Assembly: GCA_004524565.1 (NCBI GenBank) | Contig: SDNZ01000003.1 | Coordinates: 1 to 62,734, forward strand | Source: Candidatus Thorarchaeota archaeon | GTDB lineage: Archaea > Asgardarchaeota > Thorarchaeia > Thorarchaeales > Thorarchaeaceae | Direction of reading: 5' to 3' | DNA: 62,734 nt | Shown here: in pieces, positions 18,430 through 28,028 of the stretch | How the letters are laid out: each line of letters opens with the position of its first letter | Numbering within the stretch: position 1 is the stretch's first letter | Program-made: the position numbers and the translations under genes | The notes under the pieces: model-generated | What the model saw: the letters and a program-made list of their open reading frames with translations, nothing else | The model's database searches: none | What the model was told of the DNA's origin: nothing

Positions 18430-19404
18430 TTACCCCTCATCTGTTGATAATATCTTTCTAATTACTCCTTCGGGTCCTGCTCCAAATGCCTTGAAATCTT
18501 CAGGAGTTAGATCCAAGACAGACTTTGCCTTCTTCCAATCATTATCGAAGGTCTTCACTGCATTATCAATAAGGTCCGGATTAAACTCTCTAGTCATCCA
18601 TGTTGCTGTGACTGGATTCTCTGCAATAATAAGCGCCATGCTCTCATTATTGAAGCTGACTTGGTTGTATGTTTTAGGTCCTGAATATAGGCGTCCGTCA
18701 AACTTCTTTCCTCGTGCCCTAAGATCAAGAAACATTTGCATCATGCCCATTAATCCTTGCAGCCCTTGTCTTACACTCGAATCTTTTTCTGCATTGAAAA
18801 CATCGGTTGAAACCATGTACCTTACTTCAGCACCTTGTTCTGCAGCATCAAAGAACCTCTTCACTCGTACCAGTGATGTTTCATCCACGAACGGTCCTAA
18901 CCAGAGTAGTGTTGCACGAATGATATCCCCTTCTCTCGCCTTCTCAAGCATATTAAATCTCAGAATCCTGTGAAGTTCTTCAACACCTCGCACTATTCGA
19001 GAACTAACTTCTTCAGTTCGTCCGGTAACATCTTTTACAAATTCCCTTGAGAGGTAACCGCAATCTAATGCAGATATTTCTACAAGCTCAGTTTCAACCT
19101 TCTTCTGTATAGCTTCAAGTTCTTCTATCTTCTTGCTCTTGAGTTCTTCAAAACCCGCCATAATCGTATTAACATCAGCTATGTACTTCTTCCGGTGGGA
19201 AGTTGGGTTATCTAGACGCACAAGCTTTGTTTCAGTGAGGGTTTTTAGCACTCTATGAACCCACGCTTTCGTTAGTTTCGTGGCTGGATCGTCTTTCTGC
19301 AACTGGTCGTAGATTTCTGAAAATGACAACGGAACTGGAGGATCTGATTGAAGCCTGAGAATGACTTCCAGTATACTCATCAATCGTGATTCCTGCTTAT
19401 CCAT
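18430..19404 (-). CDS. TrmB-like regulator, paralogue 1
   Basis: WVHRVLKTLTETKLV; AENPVTATW...NPDLIDNAVKTFD. Confidence 0.65.
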   Translation of the reverse strand: MDKQESRLMSILEVILRLQSDPPVPLSFSEIYDQLQKDDPATKLTKAWVHRVLKTLTETKLVRLDNPTSHRKKYIADVNTIMAGFEELKSKKIEELEAIQKKVETELVEISALDCGYLSREFVKDVTGRTEEVSSRIVRGVEELHRILRFNMLEKAREGDIIRATLLWLGPFVDETSLVRVKRFFDAAEQGAEVRYMVSTDVFNAEKDSSVRQGLQGLMGMMQMFLDLRARGKKFDGRLYSGPKTYNQVSFNNESMALIIAENPVTATWMTREFNPDLIDNAVKTFDNDWKKAKSVLDLTPEDFKAFGAGPEGVIRKILSTDEG

Positions 19405-19570
19405 TGTGATGAATCCACATAACTCTAGTTGCTCAGCAATCTTCTTTCTGATTGGAATTCGTTACCACCTCTACTCATTCATGAGTATTACTCATAACCA
19501 TCAAATTACTAACTTTATGACTGTATACAACCACACGATATATATATCCACCTAACTATAGATATTCTAG

Positions 19571-19716
19571 GCAGCAATTAGCTGCTAAACTCCGGGATGG
19601 ATGGTTTTCCATTCATACGGGCATGGTACAGGGCGACCGATGAGAATCGGGCAAAACGAAGCAGGTGGGTACGGGGGGTGTCCCCTGCTTCTCCTTTTCT
19701 TTCTCTCATTTTTTTT
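19571..19716 (+). ncRNA. Candidate structured small RNA (4 consecutive hairpins ending in stem + poly-T)
   Basis: Hairpins gcagc/gctgc (19571-19585), atggatgg-tttt-ccattcat (19597-19616), ccgat-GAGA-atcgg (19637-19650) and gaagcagg/cctgcttc (19658-19691), then a T-rich tract; TATA-like run at about 19540. Confidence 0.35.
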
Positions 19717-20947
19717 ACAAACCGCTGATTGCTATACTTTTCAGATAGCCTACACCAAGTTTCATGACCATTGGGAGAAATTCGGAAATAAGTGTCATGT
19801 ATGTACTGATTCCTGCATGTCCTTGAATCAACTCATTGAGAATCTGGGCATCTAGTTTACCTCCCAGTACAATCTCTGCGGCTGCAATGGGATCATTGTG
19901 CATTGCGAATTTGGAAACTGCCCACATGCCTTTGCCTGTGTTTGTTATGTTAGAAGCGAGCTTACTCTTCCTGTACTCTTTCTCGTAGAGTTCTACACTA
20001 GTCTGTGAGAAGTCTCCTGAGTCGACCATTCTCTTGGCATGCTTGGCAAGCACCTGACCTGCATGGAAACAAGTTGTCACCCCACCTCCGACAATGGAAG
20101 AAACCTGACCTGCAGCATTACCACAGAGTGCAACACCCGCATCTGTAAATTTCGGGATAATTCCGGCACAGGGTACGACGCCGCCGTTGACTGAAGCAAT
20201 CTTTGCGTTCTGAGTTTCAGGGTGAGTCTTCATGTACTTCCTGAGGACGTCTTGCATCGGTGGCAACTTGTCCCAGTTCGCCTTTGATGAAGGCACGCGA
20301 CCTATTCCAAGATTGATCTCGGTTTCAGAGCGAGGGTACAGCCACAGATAACCTAGACCAACATCCTTGCCTACGTAGAAATACGCTACATTGGGATCTA
20401 TTCCCGTACAGTTAGTGAGTTTGAACCTGTAACCATAGCTGAGAAGCCATTTTGGATGAGTAAAACCTGCGGTCTCGGAGACCCTGCTGAACGAACCGTC
20501 CGCACCAACAGTAAGATTCGCACGTGCCTCATCATCTTGATTGTACTTGACTCCTACGACAGAATTGTCCTCTTTGATAACAGACTTGACCCTTGATTCA
20601 AATCTAAACTCCGCTCCATCAGAGAGTGCTCGGTCCCTCATCAATTCTTGGCAATTGTCTTCATCCAATAGGTATGAGTTGCCAAGATGTTGTCTGTCCA
20701 CAACGATATGGGATCCCGTATCAAGACTCTCACCGACGATTGATGTGTACTTGTTGCCAATATATTCGGATTCTGGTTTGACCCTCAGAAAATTCAAGGC
20801 TTTGTCGGTCACGAGTTCGCCCATGAGCGAGTGTGTCACCTCTTTTCGCTTCTCAAGTACTAGCGTCTTTAGTCCATATTTTGAGGTTCGTTCTGCTGTC
20901 ATAAGCCCTGCTGGGCCAGTTCCAGCTACAATCACGTCGTAGACCAT
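19715..20947 (-). CDS. Geranylgeranyl reductase family FAD oxidoreductase (DGGGPL reductase-like)
   Basis: VAGTGPAG, VGADGSFS, GYLWLYP, GGVVP, GNAAGQV...GGG. Confidence 0.85.
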   Translation of the reverse strand: MVYDVIVAGTGPAGLMTAERTSKYGLKTLVLEKRKEVTHSLMGELVTDKALNFLRVKPESEYIGNKYTSIVGESLDTGSHIVVDRQHLGNSYLLDEDNCQELMRDRALSDGAEFRFESRVKSVIKEDNSVVGVKYNQDDEARANLTVGADGSFSRVSETAGFTHPKWLLSYGYRFKLTNCTGIDPNVAYFYVGKDVGLGYLWLYPRSETEINLGIGRVPSSKANWDKLPPMQDVLRKYMKTHPETQNAKIASVNGGVVPCAGIIPKFTDAGVALCGNAAGQVSSIVGGGVTTCFHAGQVLAKHAKRMVDSGDFSQTSVELYEKEYRKSKLASNITNTGKGMWAVSKFAMHNDPIAAAEIVLGGKLDAQILNELIQGHAGISTYMTLISEFLPMVMKLGVGYLKSIAISGL

Positions 20948-21089
20948 GGCATATCACCTGGAATGATAGAGAGGTATTCCAAGTATGGTGTCTATAATCC
21001 TTTCTCTGGAGTTGTAAAATCTAAAATTTGTACCGTTGACAAAATATAATACGACGTGCAATTATTTGAAGATTCCAGAAGTGTTTCAC

Positions 21090-21956
21090 ATGAGAGCTAG
21101 GTCTGTCGGATACTCGATTTACATGGTCCTTTCTATTATGGCTAGTCTGACAATTGCAGCCATTCCTGCCATTCTATTCTTTGGATGGTTCCTATTGCAT
21201 TTCACTAACTTCTTGAATAGCATAGGCTTTCCATTTTCTACATTGTATGATTGGGCATTGCCTCTTTTATCCGGAACTTTTGACCCTATTGTAATCCAAT
21301 ATTTCTGGGTCTTTGTACTCTTTGTTCCTGTTGGTCTGACATGTTATGCAATTTTCTTAGGAAGCCTCCTTGGATTATTCAAACTCTCACGAAGAGGTAT
21401 TCCTTTCCTCGAAGATGGTTACTACTCCTCAGACACTGAGGCATGGTTACTTTACGAATACTATGAAATTTACTATGTTCTATTTCCATATTTTGCTGGA
21501 TTCTTCTCAGTGTTCCTTGATACAAAACCAAGACATCAAGCATTTGGTTGCAAGATTGGCAATAACACAGTTGTTGGTAATGGAAGACTGTTCAATCCTG
21601 AACGAACTATCATTGGGGATAATTGTTTCTTTGGCTATGACGCGATTTTAAGTGGTCATGTATATGAGAGCGGTCGACTATACCTCAAGACTGTAAAACT
21701 CGGTAACAACGTCACTGTCGGTGCCAATGCAGTAGTTTTACCTGGAGCTGATATTGGTGACAATGTTATTGTTGGTGCTAACACAGTAGTGCCAAAAGAC
21801 ACAACCATTCCTTCAAACACAATCTGGGTTCATGGGAAAGCAATCCCGCGAAAGTCAAAGCCTGTAGCTGAAAAGCTTCATCAACCCATTGGTGGCCCCC
21901 CTCCTCTGGATCCTGAAGATGAAGCAGATATTCCTGAGAATGGAGAACGACTATAA
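21090..21956 (+). CDS. Membrane-bound left-handed beta-helix acyltransferase-like protein
   Basis: Two to three N-terminal TM segments, then hexapeptide repeats (GCKIGNNTVV, IIGDNCFFG, VGANAVVLPG). Start set at ATG 21090. Confidence 0.75.
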   Translation: MRARSVGYSIYMVLSIMASLTIAAIPAILFFGWFLLHFTNFLNSIGFPFSTLYDWALPLLSGTFDPIVIQYFWVFVLFVPVGLTCYAIFLGSLLGLFKLSRRGIPFLEDGYYSSDTEAWLLYEYYEIYYVLFPYFAGFFSVFLDTKPRHQAFGCKIGNNTVVGNGRLFNPERTIIGDNCFFGYDAILSGHVYESGRLYLKTVKLGNNVTVGANAVVLPGADIGDNVIVGANTVVPKDTTIPSNTIWVHGKAIPRKSKPVAEKLHQPIGGPPPLDPEDEADIPENGERL

Positions 21957-21987
21957 TCCATTGGAAACTAATCAATAGGTGTTCTAG

Positions 21988-22380
21988 TTGCGATTACTCA
22001 TGTTCCATACGGAGAGTTTCTGGTATCGTCACAATGAATCTGAGGAAGAGAAGACACAGATCAGAGAGTCCGTGCTTGTATGGATTCATTCTGAAGAATC
22101 AGATGAGAGTAATAGGAGCAGTATTATTCGAAAGATGGTCAAGAACATTCGATGGCTTTCGAAGAAGGTGTCCTGTGACACCGTAGTGCTTCACTCATTT
22201 GCACATCTTGATGATAGTAAAGCCAGTCCTGATTTTGCAGATGCACTTATAGAAGAGGTGGCAAGGAATCTTCGCGATCGTGAGTATGATGTGCACATTG
22301 TACCCTTCGGTCAGTTCTATGAGTTCAATTTGCATGTGAAAGGTCCTTCGCTAGCAAAGGTCTTCAAAAGAATACAATAG
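21988..22380 (+). CDS. Stand-alone archaeal threonyl-tRNA synthetase editing domain
   Basis: MRLLMFH, VVLHSFAHL and VPFGQFYEFNLHVKGPSLA match the archaeal ThrRS-ed pattern. Confidence 0.85.
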   Translation: MRLLMFHTESFWYRHNESEEEKTQIRESVLVWIHSEESDESNRSSIIRKMVKNIRWLSKKVSCDTVVLHSFAHLDDSKASPDFADALIEEVARNLRDREYDVHIVPFGQFYEFNLHVKGPSLAKVFKRIQ

Positions 22381-22594
22381 GTGCGGCAAAAAAGGGGAAA
22401 GGTCATGTACCACTTTTGGCTCACAATAATGAGATTGAGAGTTTGAGTATGCCCTATGACAAGTTCATTGAATACCCAGATGTACTCGAAGGAAGAAACC
22501 TAAGATTCACACTTTCTCATTACCTCAGAAATCAGGAAAAATAGAGACGCTCATAAGATGAGTTCTTAACTCCTAAACCCGACGTTGATTTGAG

Positions 22595-24025
22595 ATGACG
22601 AAACCCAAGTACACTCCTAGAGGATACCAGACATATATCCTTGATAGAGTGAGTGAGAATCAGGATACCCCACTATTGTTGGAACTTGATTGTGGACTTG
22701 GCAAACGTTTCATCACACACCAAATTGTCGCTGAGAAATTCCCTAACACTGGAATTCTCATTGTTGTCCATTCATCATCCTCGTTAGTTGAAACGGTAGA
22801 CTATCTCAAGGGGGAGTATGGAGGTCTCGAAGATGATCTCGGAGAATTGTCCTCAAGAGTGGGTTCTGGATATCGTCGAATGAATCTGAAAGAAAAACGC
22901 GTAATCGTTGCAACGCCTCAAGTTCTTGCTACAACCTTCCAGAAGGACCCGTCAGTCTTTGATCGTTTCAAGATAGTTCTGATTAACGAAGTAGATACGT
23001 TGGTGCGAAGAGCTGGGGGAAGAACTGCTCTAGTCTTTCCATGGCCAACTCTACTCATGTACTTGAAGGATAAGTGGGTCATTGGAATGAGCGGTACCCT
23101 GCGAGATGACCATGCAGTTTTCACAAAGGAACAGATTGAGATTCGCGACGAGCTGGCAACACTAAAGGAGTACATTCCAGGAGCCACGGTGATCTCAATG
23201 GAAGACCTCTACGGGACTGATGTAGAGGATTTTCTTGAACCTACACTTCTCACCGTTAATAAAGTGAATGATCCAAAGATACGCTCCATCTCCAGGGTGC
23301 TGGATGAGCTCATCCGCAATACAAGAACGGAGATCATGCATGAGCTTGAGGAAGATGGTAATCTAGATATGGTAGATGGTGATTCTCGACGGGTTCACCT
23401 TCTTCTAGAACGATTACCAATCACTGAGGAGTTGAAAGGTCGGTATTCAGGACTCCTCATGCTTCGGAAGTATATCTATGCAATGCCCCCAAAGCAATTC
23501 CTTCGCATGTTCTATGGAGATTACATTAAACACTACTTCAATGTCAATGACCTACGACGAGCACTTCCGACAATCTCTGCAAAGGTCACTCAAGTCCTGA
23601 AGATTGCGCTTGAACACAAGAAGACTCTCGTTCTCACATCATACTTGGAGATGGTTTCCCAGATACAAGATGTTCTGGAGAAATCCCATCTGTCTGTTCT
23701 TACAATCACTGGACAAACTAGAGATAAGGGAGAAGTACTCCAATCATTTAGAGAAGATGCAGACAAGCAGGTCTTGGTCATGTCCCCTGTGGGTGAAAGA
23801 GACCTTGATATTCCTCATGCAGAAGTCATGATTGTATGCGATTCCATTAACACGACAAAGACCATGTATCAGAAGTTCAAACGTACACGTGGCGGTCTTG
23901 TTGTCCTTCTTGCTTATTCTGGAACCTCTGAGGAGCGAAAAGTTGGTCGTCTAATGGACACAATCCTCAAACGCTATCCATGGTCCATAGCTATTATGGA
24001 GTCTGGTGGAGAAAGACTTGGATAG
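22595..24025 (+). CDS. Hef/ERCC4-type SF2 helicase-like protein with degenerate motifs and no nuclease domain
   Basis: PRGYQ, LDCGLGK, IVATPQ, NEVD, GMSGT, VGERDLDIP, QKFKRTRG. Confidence 0.75.
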   Translation: MTKPKYTPRGYQTYILDRVSENQDTPLLLELDCGLGKRFITHQIVAEKFPNTGILIVVHSSSSLVETVDYLKGEYGGLEDDLGELSSRVGSGYRRMNLKEKRVIVATPQVLATTFQKDPSVFDRFKIVLINEVDTLVRRAGGRTALVFPWPTLLMYLKDKWVIGMSGTLRDDHAVFTKEQIEIRDELATLKEYIPGATVISMEDLYGTDVEDFLEPTLLTVNKVNDPKIRSISRVLDELIRNTRTEIMHELEEDGNLDMVDGDSRRVHLLLERLPITEELKGRYSGLLMLRKYIYAMPPKQFLRMFYGDYIKHYFNVNDLRRALPTISAKVTQVLKIALEHKKTLVLTSYLEMVSQIQDVLEKSHLSVLTITGQTRDKGEVLQSFREDADKQVLVMSPVGERDLDIPHAEVMIVCDSINTTKTMYQKFKRTRGGLVVLLAYSGTSEERKVGRLMDTILKRYPWSIAIMESGGERLG

Positions 24026-24077
24026 CTCTGTCATTATGATTATAAGAGTTTCAGACTCGTTGAGAGATTGAAGTACA

Positions 24078-24524
24078 ATGACCGATGAATCTCAAACCTC
24101 AGTGGACCTACAATTTGGTCTGGGGACTGACATAGTTGAGATTCAGCGATTTAGAGCATTAGATAGAGATGCTCCGTTCTTCTCACGGGTATTCACACAC
24201 GATGAGTTGACCTATTGTCGGAAACATACAGATGCATCACCGCATTTTGCCGCTACATTCGCTGGAAAAGAATCTGTACTAAAAGCAATGAATTCGCGAA
24301 GGCAATTATCTATTTCAGAAATTGAGATCCTGAGAGATTCGGATGGAGCTCCGTATGTATGTGTTGAAGAGAATACAGATGTTGAAGTACTTGTGAGTCT
24401 AGCGCATTCTGAGCACTATGCAGTTGCTGTGGCAATAGTAATTCCGAAATCACAATCAAGTAATGTTGAGATGTTTCGTAAACTACTAAACGAAACCATC
24501 CATGATATCATACCCGGACAGTGA
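24078..24524 (+). CDS. acpS: Holo-ACP synthase (AcpS-type 4'-phosphopantetheinyl transferase)
   Basis: GLGTDIVEIQRF, FTHDELTY, FAGKESVLKA, GAP, VSLAH. Confidence 0.9.
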   Translation: MTDESQTSVDLQFGLGTDIVEIQRFRALDRDAPFFSRVFTHDELTYCRKHTDASPHFAATFAGKESVLKAMNSRRQLSISEIEILRDSDGAPYVCVEENTDVEVLVSLAHSEHYAVAVAIVIPKSQSSNVEMFRKLLNETIHDIIPGQ

Positions 24525-24530
24525 ACTACT

Positions 24531-26345
24531 ATGAATGAAATCCTCGAGTCCGTAAGGAAAGACCCCTCGTATCTCAGCCTATGGAGTGCATACAAGAAGA
24601 TACAAGATCTTGATCTTAAAGCTCCTGAGGATGACACGAATACTGTCCGTTTAGCTGTAATTGGCTCAACAACTCTAGAGCCATTGGCTGCCTGCGTTGA
24701 TATTAAGACTCGCCTTGAAGGATTTCATGTAGAGACCTTTGTTGGTGGTTTCAATACATACAGGCAGGAAATTCTGAACAAATCTTCAGACTTATACAAA
24801 GTCAAACGTGATGTTATAATTCTCTCAATTGATGCATGGTCTATTTTAGATAAGATGTTCCTGTCGAACTTCGTAAGAATGAGTGAAAAGGATCGTCAAG
24901 CAACTCAGAAAGAACTTGTAGAAGATATTCTCTCTATTGTATCCAATTTGGAATCTACTACCTCCGCGCTTGTCCTTGTTAACAATTTAGTAGTTCCTGT
25001 TTTCACCCCTCTTGGTGTAGTAGATAATAAGCAGAAGATTGGTCTGAGACGATTTTTTGAAGGAGCTAATATTCTGCTGGCTGAGAAACTTGAGAAGAAC
25101 TCACGAATATTTCTTGTTGATCTAGATGCCGTAGCTGGTGCTTTTGGAAAAACACGAATCACAAACTGGAACACGTGGTATCGTGGATCGATTCCCTTCA
25201 GTGATGAATTCACTCCAATTCTTGCGGACGAATACGTCAGATATATTCGGGCTATGAAAGGACGTACGAAAAAGTGCATTGTAGTGGATTTGGACAATAC
25301 ACTATGGGGCGGTATCATTGGAGAAGATGGTATCGAAGGGATCAAATTAGGAAATACATCTCCTGGTATCGAATATGTTGAATTCCAGAGAAGTTTACTT
25401 AGTCTTTACAATCGGGGTATCATTCTTGCAGTCTGTAGTAAGAACAATCCCGATGATGCTCTCAGAGTCTTTCGAGAACATCCATCCCAGGTGTTGAAGG
25501 AAGACCATTTTGCTGCGATGAGGATCAATTGGCAGAACAAAGCTGCAAACATCGAAGAACTAGCGAAAGAGATCAATATAGGCCTCGATAGTATGGTCTT
25601 CTTGGATGATAATCCTGTAGAACGTGCTCAAGTTTCACAGGTTCATCCCGAAATACTGGTTGTTGACATGCCTAAGAATCCACGACTCTATCGAGAAATG
25701 ATTGAAAGTCTCAATGTATTCGATGTACTGTCTATAACAAGTGAAGATATAGCTCGCGGAGAGATGTATGTAGGTAAACGAAAGCGTACCGAACTTGAGC
25801 GGAGTGCGACATCAATAGAAGATTTCCTACGAACTCTTGATCTCAAAGTTCGTATCAAGGAAGTAAGTGATTTTGATACCCCTCGTGTAGTTCAGTTGAT
25901 TGGTAAAACCAACCAGTTCAATCTCACAACTCGACGATACTCTGATGTTGAAGTGAGTAATTATAGGAAATCCTCAGATGCCGCAGTCTATAGTATGACA
26001 GTTCACGATAAATTTGGAGATGAAGGAGTCGTTGGAGTGGCCATCGTGAAAAAGAAGGGAGGCGATTGGTGGATTGATTCTCTTTTAATGAGTTGTAGAG
26101 TGATAGGGCGGTCCGTTGAAACTGCCTTTCTAGCAAAGATTGTTGCTGATGCGAGGAAGGCAAAAGCTACACGAATTATCGGAGAATATGTTCCAACGAA
26201 GAAGAATCCTCCTGCTGCTGATCTTTATGAAAGACATGGATTTGGTATGCCTACAACATCTGATGCCGGCGTGACAAGCTGGATTTTGAATCTTGATGAA
26301 CAGACCATAGATGTACCTGAATGGATTGAATTAATCGAGGAATAA
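24531..26345 (+). CDS. fkbH: FkbH-like HAD-IIIC glyceryl transferase/phosphatase with C-terminal acyltransferase domain
   Basis: VDLDNTLWGG, CSKN, INWQNKA, FLDDNPVE, KTNQFNLTT, DKFGDEG, LMSCRVIGR. Confidence 0.92.
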   Translation: MNEILESVRKDPSYLSLWSAYKKIQDLDLKAPEDDTNTVRLAVIGSTTLEPLAACVDIKTRLEGFHVETFVGGFNTYRQEILNKSSDLYKVKRDVIILSIDAWSILDKMFLSNFVRMSEKDRQATQKELVEDILSIVSNLESTTSALVLVNNLVVPVFTPLGVVDNKQKIGLRRFFEGANILLAEKLEKNSRIFLVDLDAVAGAFGKTRITNWNTWYRGSIPFSDEFTPILADEYVRYIRAMKGRTKKCIVVDLDNTLWGGIIGEDGIEGIKLGNTSPGIEYVEFQRSLLSLYNRGIILAVCSKNNPDDALRVFREHPSQVLKEDHFAAMRINWQNKAANIEELAKEINIGLDSMVFLDDNPVERAQVSQVHPEILVVDMPKNPRLYREMIESLNVFDVLSITSEDIARGEMYVGKRKRTELERSATSIEDFLRTLDLKVRIKEVSDFDTPRVVQLIGKTNQFNLTTRRYSDVEVSNYRKSSDAAVYSMTVHDKFGDEGVVGVAIVKKKGGDWWIDSLLMSCRVIGRSVETAFLAKIVADARKAKATRIIGEYVPTKKNPPAADLYERHGFGMPTTSDAGVTSWILNLDEQTIDVPEWIELIEE

Positions 26346-26347
26346 CA

Positions 26348-26587
26348 ATGACTGACTTTGACAATAAGCTTCTAGATATACTCTCACGGGTTTTCCGAAT
26401 CGACCAAGGGGAAATCACAGATAATTTGAAACGAAAAGATTTCGAACCCTGGGACTCCATGGCGCATCTCATGCTTATCAGTGAGATTGAGAACGAATTT
26501 GAGATCTTCTTTGAAGATGAGGAAGTTGTCGATATTTGGACCGTTGGAGATCTCAAGAAGATATTGAACCAGAAGATGTCTCCTTAA
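26348..26587 (+). CDS. Acyl carrier protein
   Basis: Acidic 79-aa protein with WDSMAHLMLISEIENEF (phosphopantetheine Ser); directly after fkbH. Confidence 0.9.
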   Translation: MTDFDNKLLDILSRVFRIDQGEITDNLKRKDFEPWDSMAHLMLISEIENEFEIFFEDEEVVDIWTVGDLKKILNQKMSP

Positions 26588-27030
26588 TCCTTCTGGGGCT
26601 CCAATTTCTGGACCATTCTAGCAGGATTACCTGCAAACAGTGTTAATGGTGGAACGTCTTTACTTACAACTGCTCCGGCTGCAATGATAGCACCTTCACC
26701 TATTGTCACACCTGGAAGGATAGTAGAACCTGCGGCAAGCCATGCACCTTTCCCAATGACTACTTTCTTGGGTCCTTCATGGAATATCCTTCTGCGCTGA
26801 TGATATGGGCTTGCCCCTGAATGTGCCATTATCTTGACTCCTGGACCAATGCTCGCCCAGTCGTGGATTTCTATATACTCCGGGTATTCTCCATCCATCA
26901 TTACAAGGAATCCCATGTATACACCTTTTCCTACTTTAATCCCACATTTTCTATACACACTAGCGCGAAATTGATAGGATGGTGCAATCCAAGCTAGAAT
27001 TCTCAGGAACCTTCCAAGAAACTTACCCAC
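26584..27030 (-). CDS. Hexapeptide-repeat O-acyltransferase
   Basis: GIKVGKGV, VVIGKGAWLAAGSTILPGVTIGEGAIIAAGAVV, GNPAR. Confidence 0.85.
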   Translation of the reverse strand: MGKFLGRFLRILAWIAPSYQFRASVYRKCGIKVGKGVYMGFLVMMDGEYPEYIEIHDWASIGPGVKIMAHSGASPYHQRRRIFHEGPKKVVIGKGAWLAAGSTILPGVTIGEGAIIAAGAVVSKDVPPLTLFAGNPARMVQKLEPQKD

Positions 27031-27052
27031 TTTTTATCTCTCCATATACTCA

Positions 27053-27925
27053 TTACATCTGTCTCTTCCATAATACTCTTCTTAGATAGTCTGAGAACAC
27101 CCAGTTATCGATATCACCAGTTAGCAACAAGCAGAATGAGCTATCACCCTTCCACGTGTTATGTGAATTCCAATACTTGACTGCCTCACTGGGTGTAGGA
27201 CACCATGCTCCTAATCCATGTGCATATTCAACAACTTCGCGAAGACATATTGCAAATTCAGGCTGTCCCATTCTGATAGGATGAAGATCAAACATAATCA
27301 CTCCACCTTTCTTGGAGGCATCTAACACTGTTTCATTCAATGTCTTTGTCACAGATTTAGGTGCCATCCCCTTACTATCGATCATAAGATCATCACTCCA
27401 AATATTGAGGGGTATGTACGTGACTTTGGAAGGAGTACCATCCAGATCAACCCTAAAGAAATGTGTTCTATCCCTGTGCTCTGCCTGATACCCAAATCCT
27501 CCGTCCCACATGAGACCATATTTCTCAAGTATTACTGGCATATCTGGTGTATAGTTATCATATGGTGCTCTAAATCCTTCAATTTTGATTCCAAGTTTTT
27601 TATACACTTGAAGACTGAGTGCGAAATCTTTCTCTCTAGCCTTTGGACTGAGTGTCGGATATCTAACATGGTTGTATCCATGTGAGGCAACTTCATGCCC
27701 TCGTTCTACAATTTCACGGACGAGATCAGGACGCATTTTCGCAATTGCTGCTATTGTTGGAAATGCAAATTTTCCGTCTACATCTTCAAGTGCTTCAAAC
27801 ATATTTCGCAAGATTGTACTGAAAGAGGTTCTATGGAGTCGCATCATATGATATAGCTGTTTTGGAGCCCTCGTTCCCCATCTTTTCGAGAGCTGCCCTA
27901 GATATCCCAAACGCGACACAATCAA
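27053..27925 (-). CDS. Polysaccharide deacetylase (CE4/NodB-like)
   Basis: ATFP-like FAFPT, HEVASHGYNH, GFRAPY, DLHP. Confidence 0.82.
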   Translation of the reverse strand: MIVSRLGYLGQLSKRWGTRAPKQLYHMMRLHRTSFSTILRNMFEALEDVDGKFAFPTIAAIAKMRPDLVREIVERGHEVASHGYNHVRYPTLSPKAREKDFALSLQVYKKLGIKIEGFRAPYDNYTPDMPVILEKYGLMWDGGFGYQAEHRDRTHFFRVDLDGTPSKVTYIPLNIWSDDLMIDSKGMAPKSVTKTLNETVLDASKKGGVIMFDLHPIRMGQPEFAICLREVVEYAHGLGAWCPTPSEAVKYWNSHNTWKGDSSFCLLLTGDIDNWVFSDYLRRVLWKRQM

Positions 27926-28028
27926 AGCCTCAACTAATTATCTGGTCCTGTTCGTAATGTGTTTCTTTCATAAGACTTGTGGGCAACCTAATGGTAAGAC
28001 TTATGCTGTTGCCAGTAAGTCTTCTCGT

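Noticed and set aside
19630-19665. Hammerhead- or c-di-GMP-I-like motif (ccgatgag...cgaa; cagggc..GNRA..gggc)
   Set aside because: The invariant CUGANGA/GAAA core and the GEMM consensus positions are not met.
19655-19690. 5S rRNA-like stretch on the minus strand (ggggacacc..cccgtaccca)
   Set aside because: Only about 10 nt match; CCGAAC, the GAAGTTAAG region and helix I pairing are missing.
22381-22544. Open frame of about 53 codons in the ThrRS-ed/helicase gap (...MPYDKFIEYPDVLEGRN...)
   Set aside because: Short, with no recognisable motif or SD; it may be a remnant but cannot be supported.
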